From a virus (Duplodnaviria; Caudoviricetes), in IMG/VR virus record IMGVR_UViG_3300025924_000017, positions 64,001 to 128,000 of that record: a stretch of DNA of 64,000 nt; one strand, written 5' to 3'. Made by a program: the position numbers and the translations under genes. Shown here piece by piece: positions 63,218 through 64,000 of the stretch (positions within the stretch are counted from its first letter, which is position 1; each line of letters opens with the position of its first letter). The notes under the pieces are model-generated. The model made no database searches and was not told the origin of the DNA. It was given only the letters and a program-made list of their open reading frames with translations.

Positions 63218-63294
63218 TCCTGTGTGGACAGATTTCTTGACATTGTCGCCGAACGCGGCATAGTCGTCAATATCCAAGACAATCAGGTTATCCT

Positions 63295-63906
63295 TTGCAG
63301 CCATCTGCCAACGGCGTAGCTCTCATCAAGCTGTTCGAGAGCTTCCGCGCCTATCCGTATCTCGACGGCAATAAAATCTGGACTATCGCGTGGGGTCACG
63401 TACTGACAACACCGGACGGCCGCCAGATAAGCGAAAAAGTTTTCGGCGTGTCCGAAGCGGCGCGACTTTGTCAGGAAGCCATGCAGCGTCTCTTCGGCGC
63501 CCCGTCCTGCACACGGGAGCAAGGCGACGCTCTCTTCGTCGCCGATTGCAATCCCCGCGCGGCTGCATTGTCCACCCGCGTCGCGCCGGACACGACGCAG
63601 ACGCAGTTCGACGCACTTCTGTGTTTCGACTACAACGTCGGCCTAGGCGGTTTCGACAATTCGTCCGTGAAGCGCCTCCACAATTCCGGGCGCCGTGACG
63701 TTGGCGAGATTTCGATCCACGACCTGTGGACCAAGCTCCAGCAGATGCCGACACCCACCACGATCCCGGTCGCGTTCGTCGAATGGGCACACGTCGGCGG
63801 CAAACCCTCACTCGGTCTGTTCCGGCGCTGTGTCGCCGAGGTTCTTGTCTATTCCGGATGGGACGCGCAGCGGGCCTACGACACCGTCTATCAGTTCCAA
63901 GGCTAA
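63295..63906 (+). CDS. Endolysin, GH24 lysozyme
   Basis: LIKLFESFRAYPYLD....WTIAWGH (E-D-T triad), QFDALLCFDYNVG, GLFRR. Confidence 0.9.
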   Translation: MQPSANGVALIKLFESFRAYPYLDGNKIWTIAWGHVLTTPDGRQISEKVFGVSEAARLCQEAMQRLFGAPSCTREQGDALFVADCNPRAAALSTRVAPDTTQTQFDALLCFDYNVGLGGFDNSSVKRLHNSGRRDVGEISIHDLWTKLQQMPTPTTIPVAFVEWAHVGGKPSLGLFRRCVAEVLVYSGWDAQRAYDTVYQFQG

Positions 63907-63915
63907 AGGATCGCC

Positions 63916-63999
63916 ATGACTTTTCTCACCTTCCTCGGCATGTTCCTCAACCTGCCCATGTTGATTTTCGTCATCGTCCTCGCGGCCATCGCCACCGCG
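63916..63999 (+). CDS. 5' end of membrane protein (spanin/holin candidate), truncated
   Basis: AAGGA RBS, hydrophobic MTFLTFLGMFLNLPMLIFVIVLAAIATA after endolysin. Confidence 0.5.
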   Translation, partial: MTFLTFLGMFLNLPMLIFVIVLAAIATA

Positions 64000-64000
64000 A

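Overview
The window is part of a large tailed-phage genome with the gene order of phiCbK-like (Dolichocephalovirinae-type) siphophages of Alphaproteobacteria. It holds the portal, about 12 kb of small accessory genes, scaffold/major capsid genes, SpeD and a papain-like protease, and a collagen-like tail fibre. Next come a 9.3-kb region with about 40 tRNA genes, PhoH, neck genes, tail tube, frameshifted chaperone, tape measure, a GTA-like tail tip, paralogous tail-tip modules and the endolysin. No terminase, integrase, reverse transcriptase or CRISPR array was seen. The most striking observation: the tRNAs are grouped by amino acid into sub-arrays, and three of them are each preceded by a shared promoter-like motif and a 28-32 aa leader ORF whose codons mirror the tRNAs directly downstream. 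One leader has a clear terminator/antiterminator pair. This suggests multivalent, ribosome-mediated attenuation of phage tRNA operons. All calls were made by eye from the sequence and ORF track; no database search or folding program was run, so family names are recognitions from motifs.
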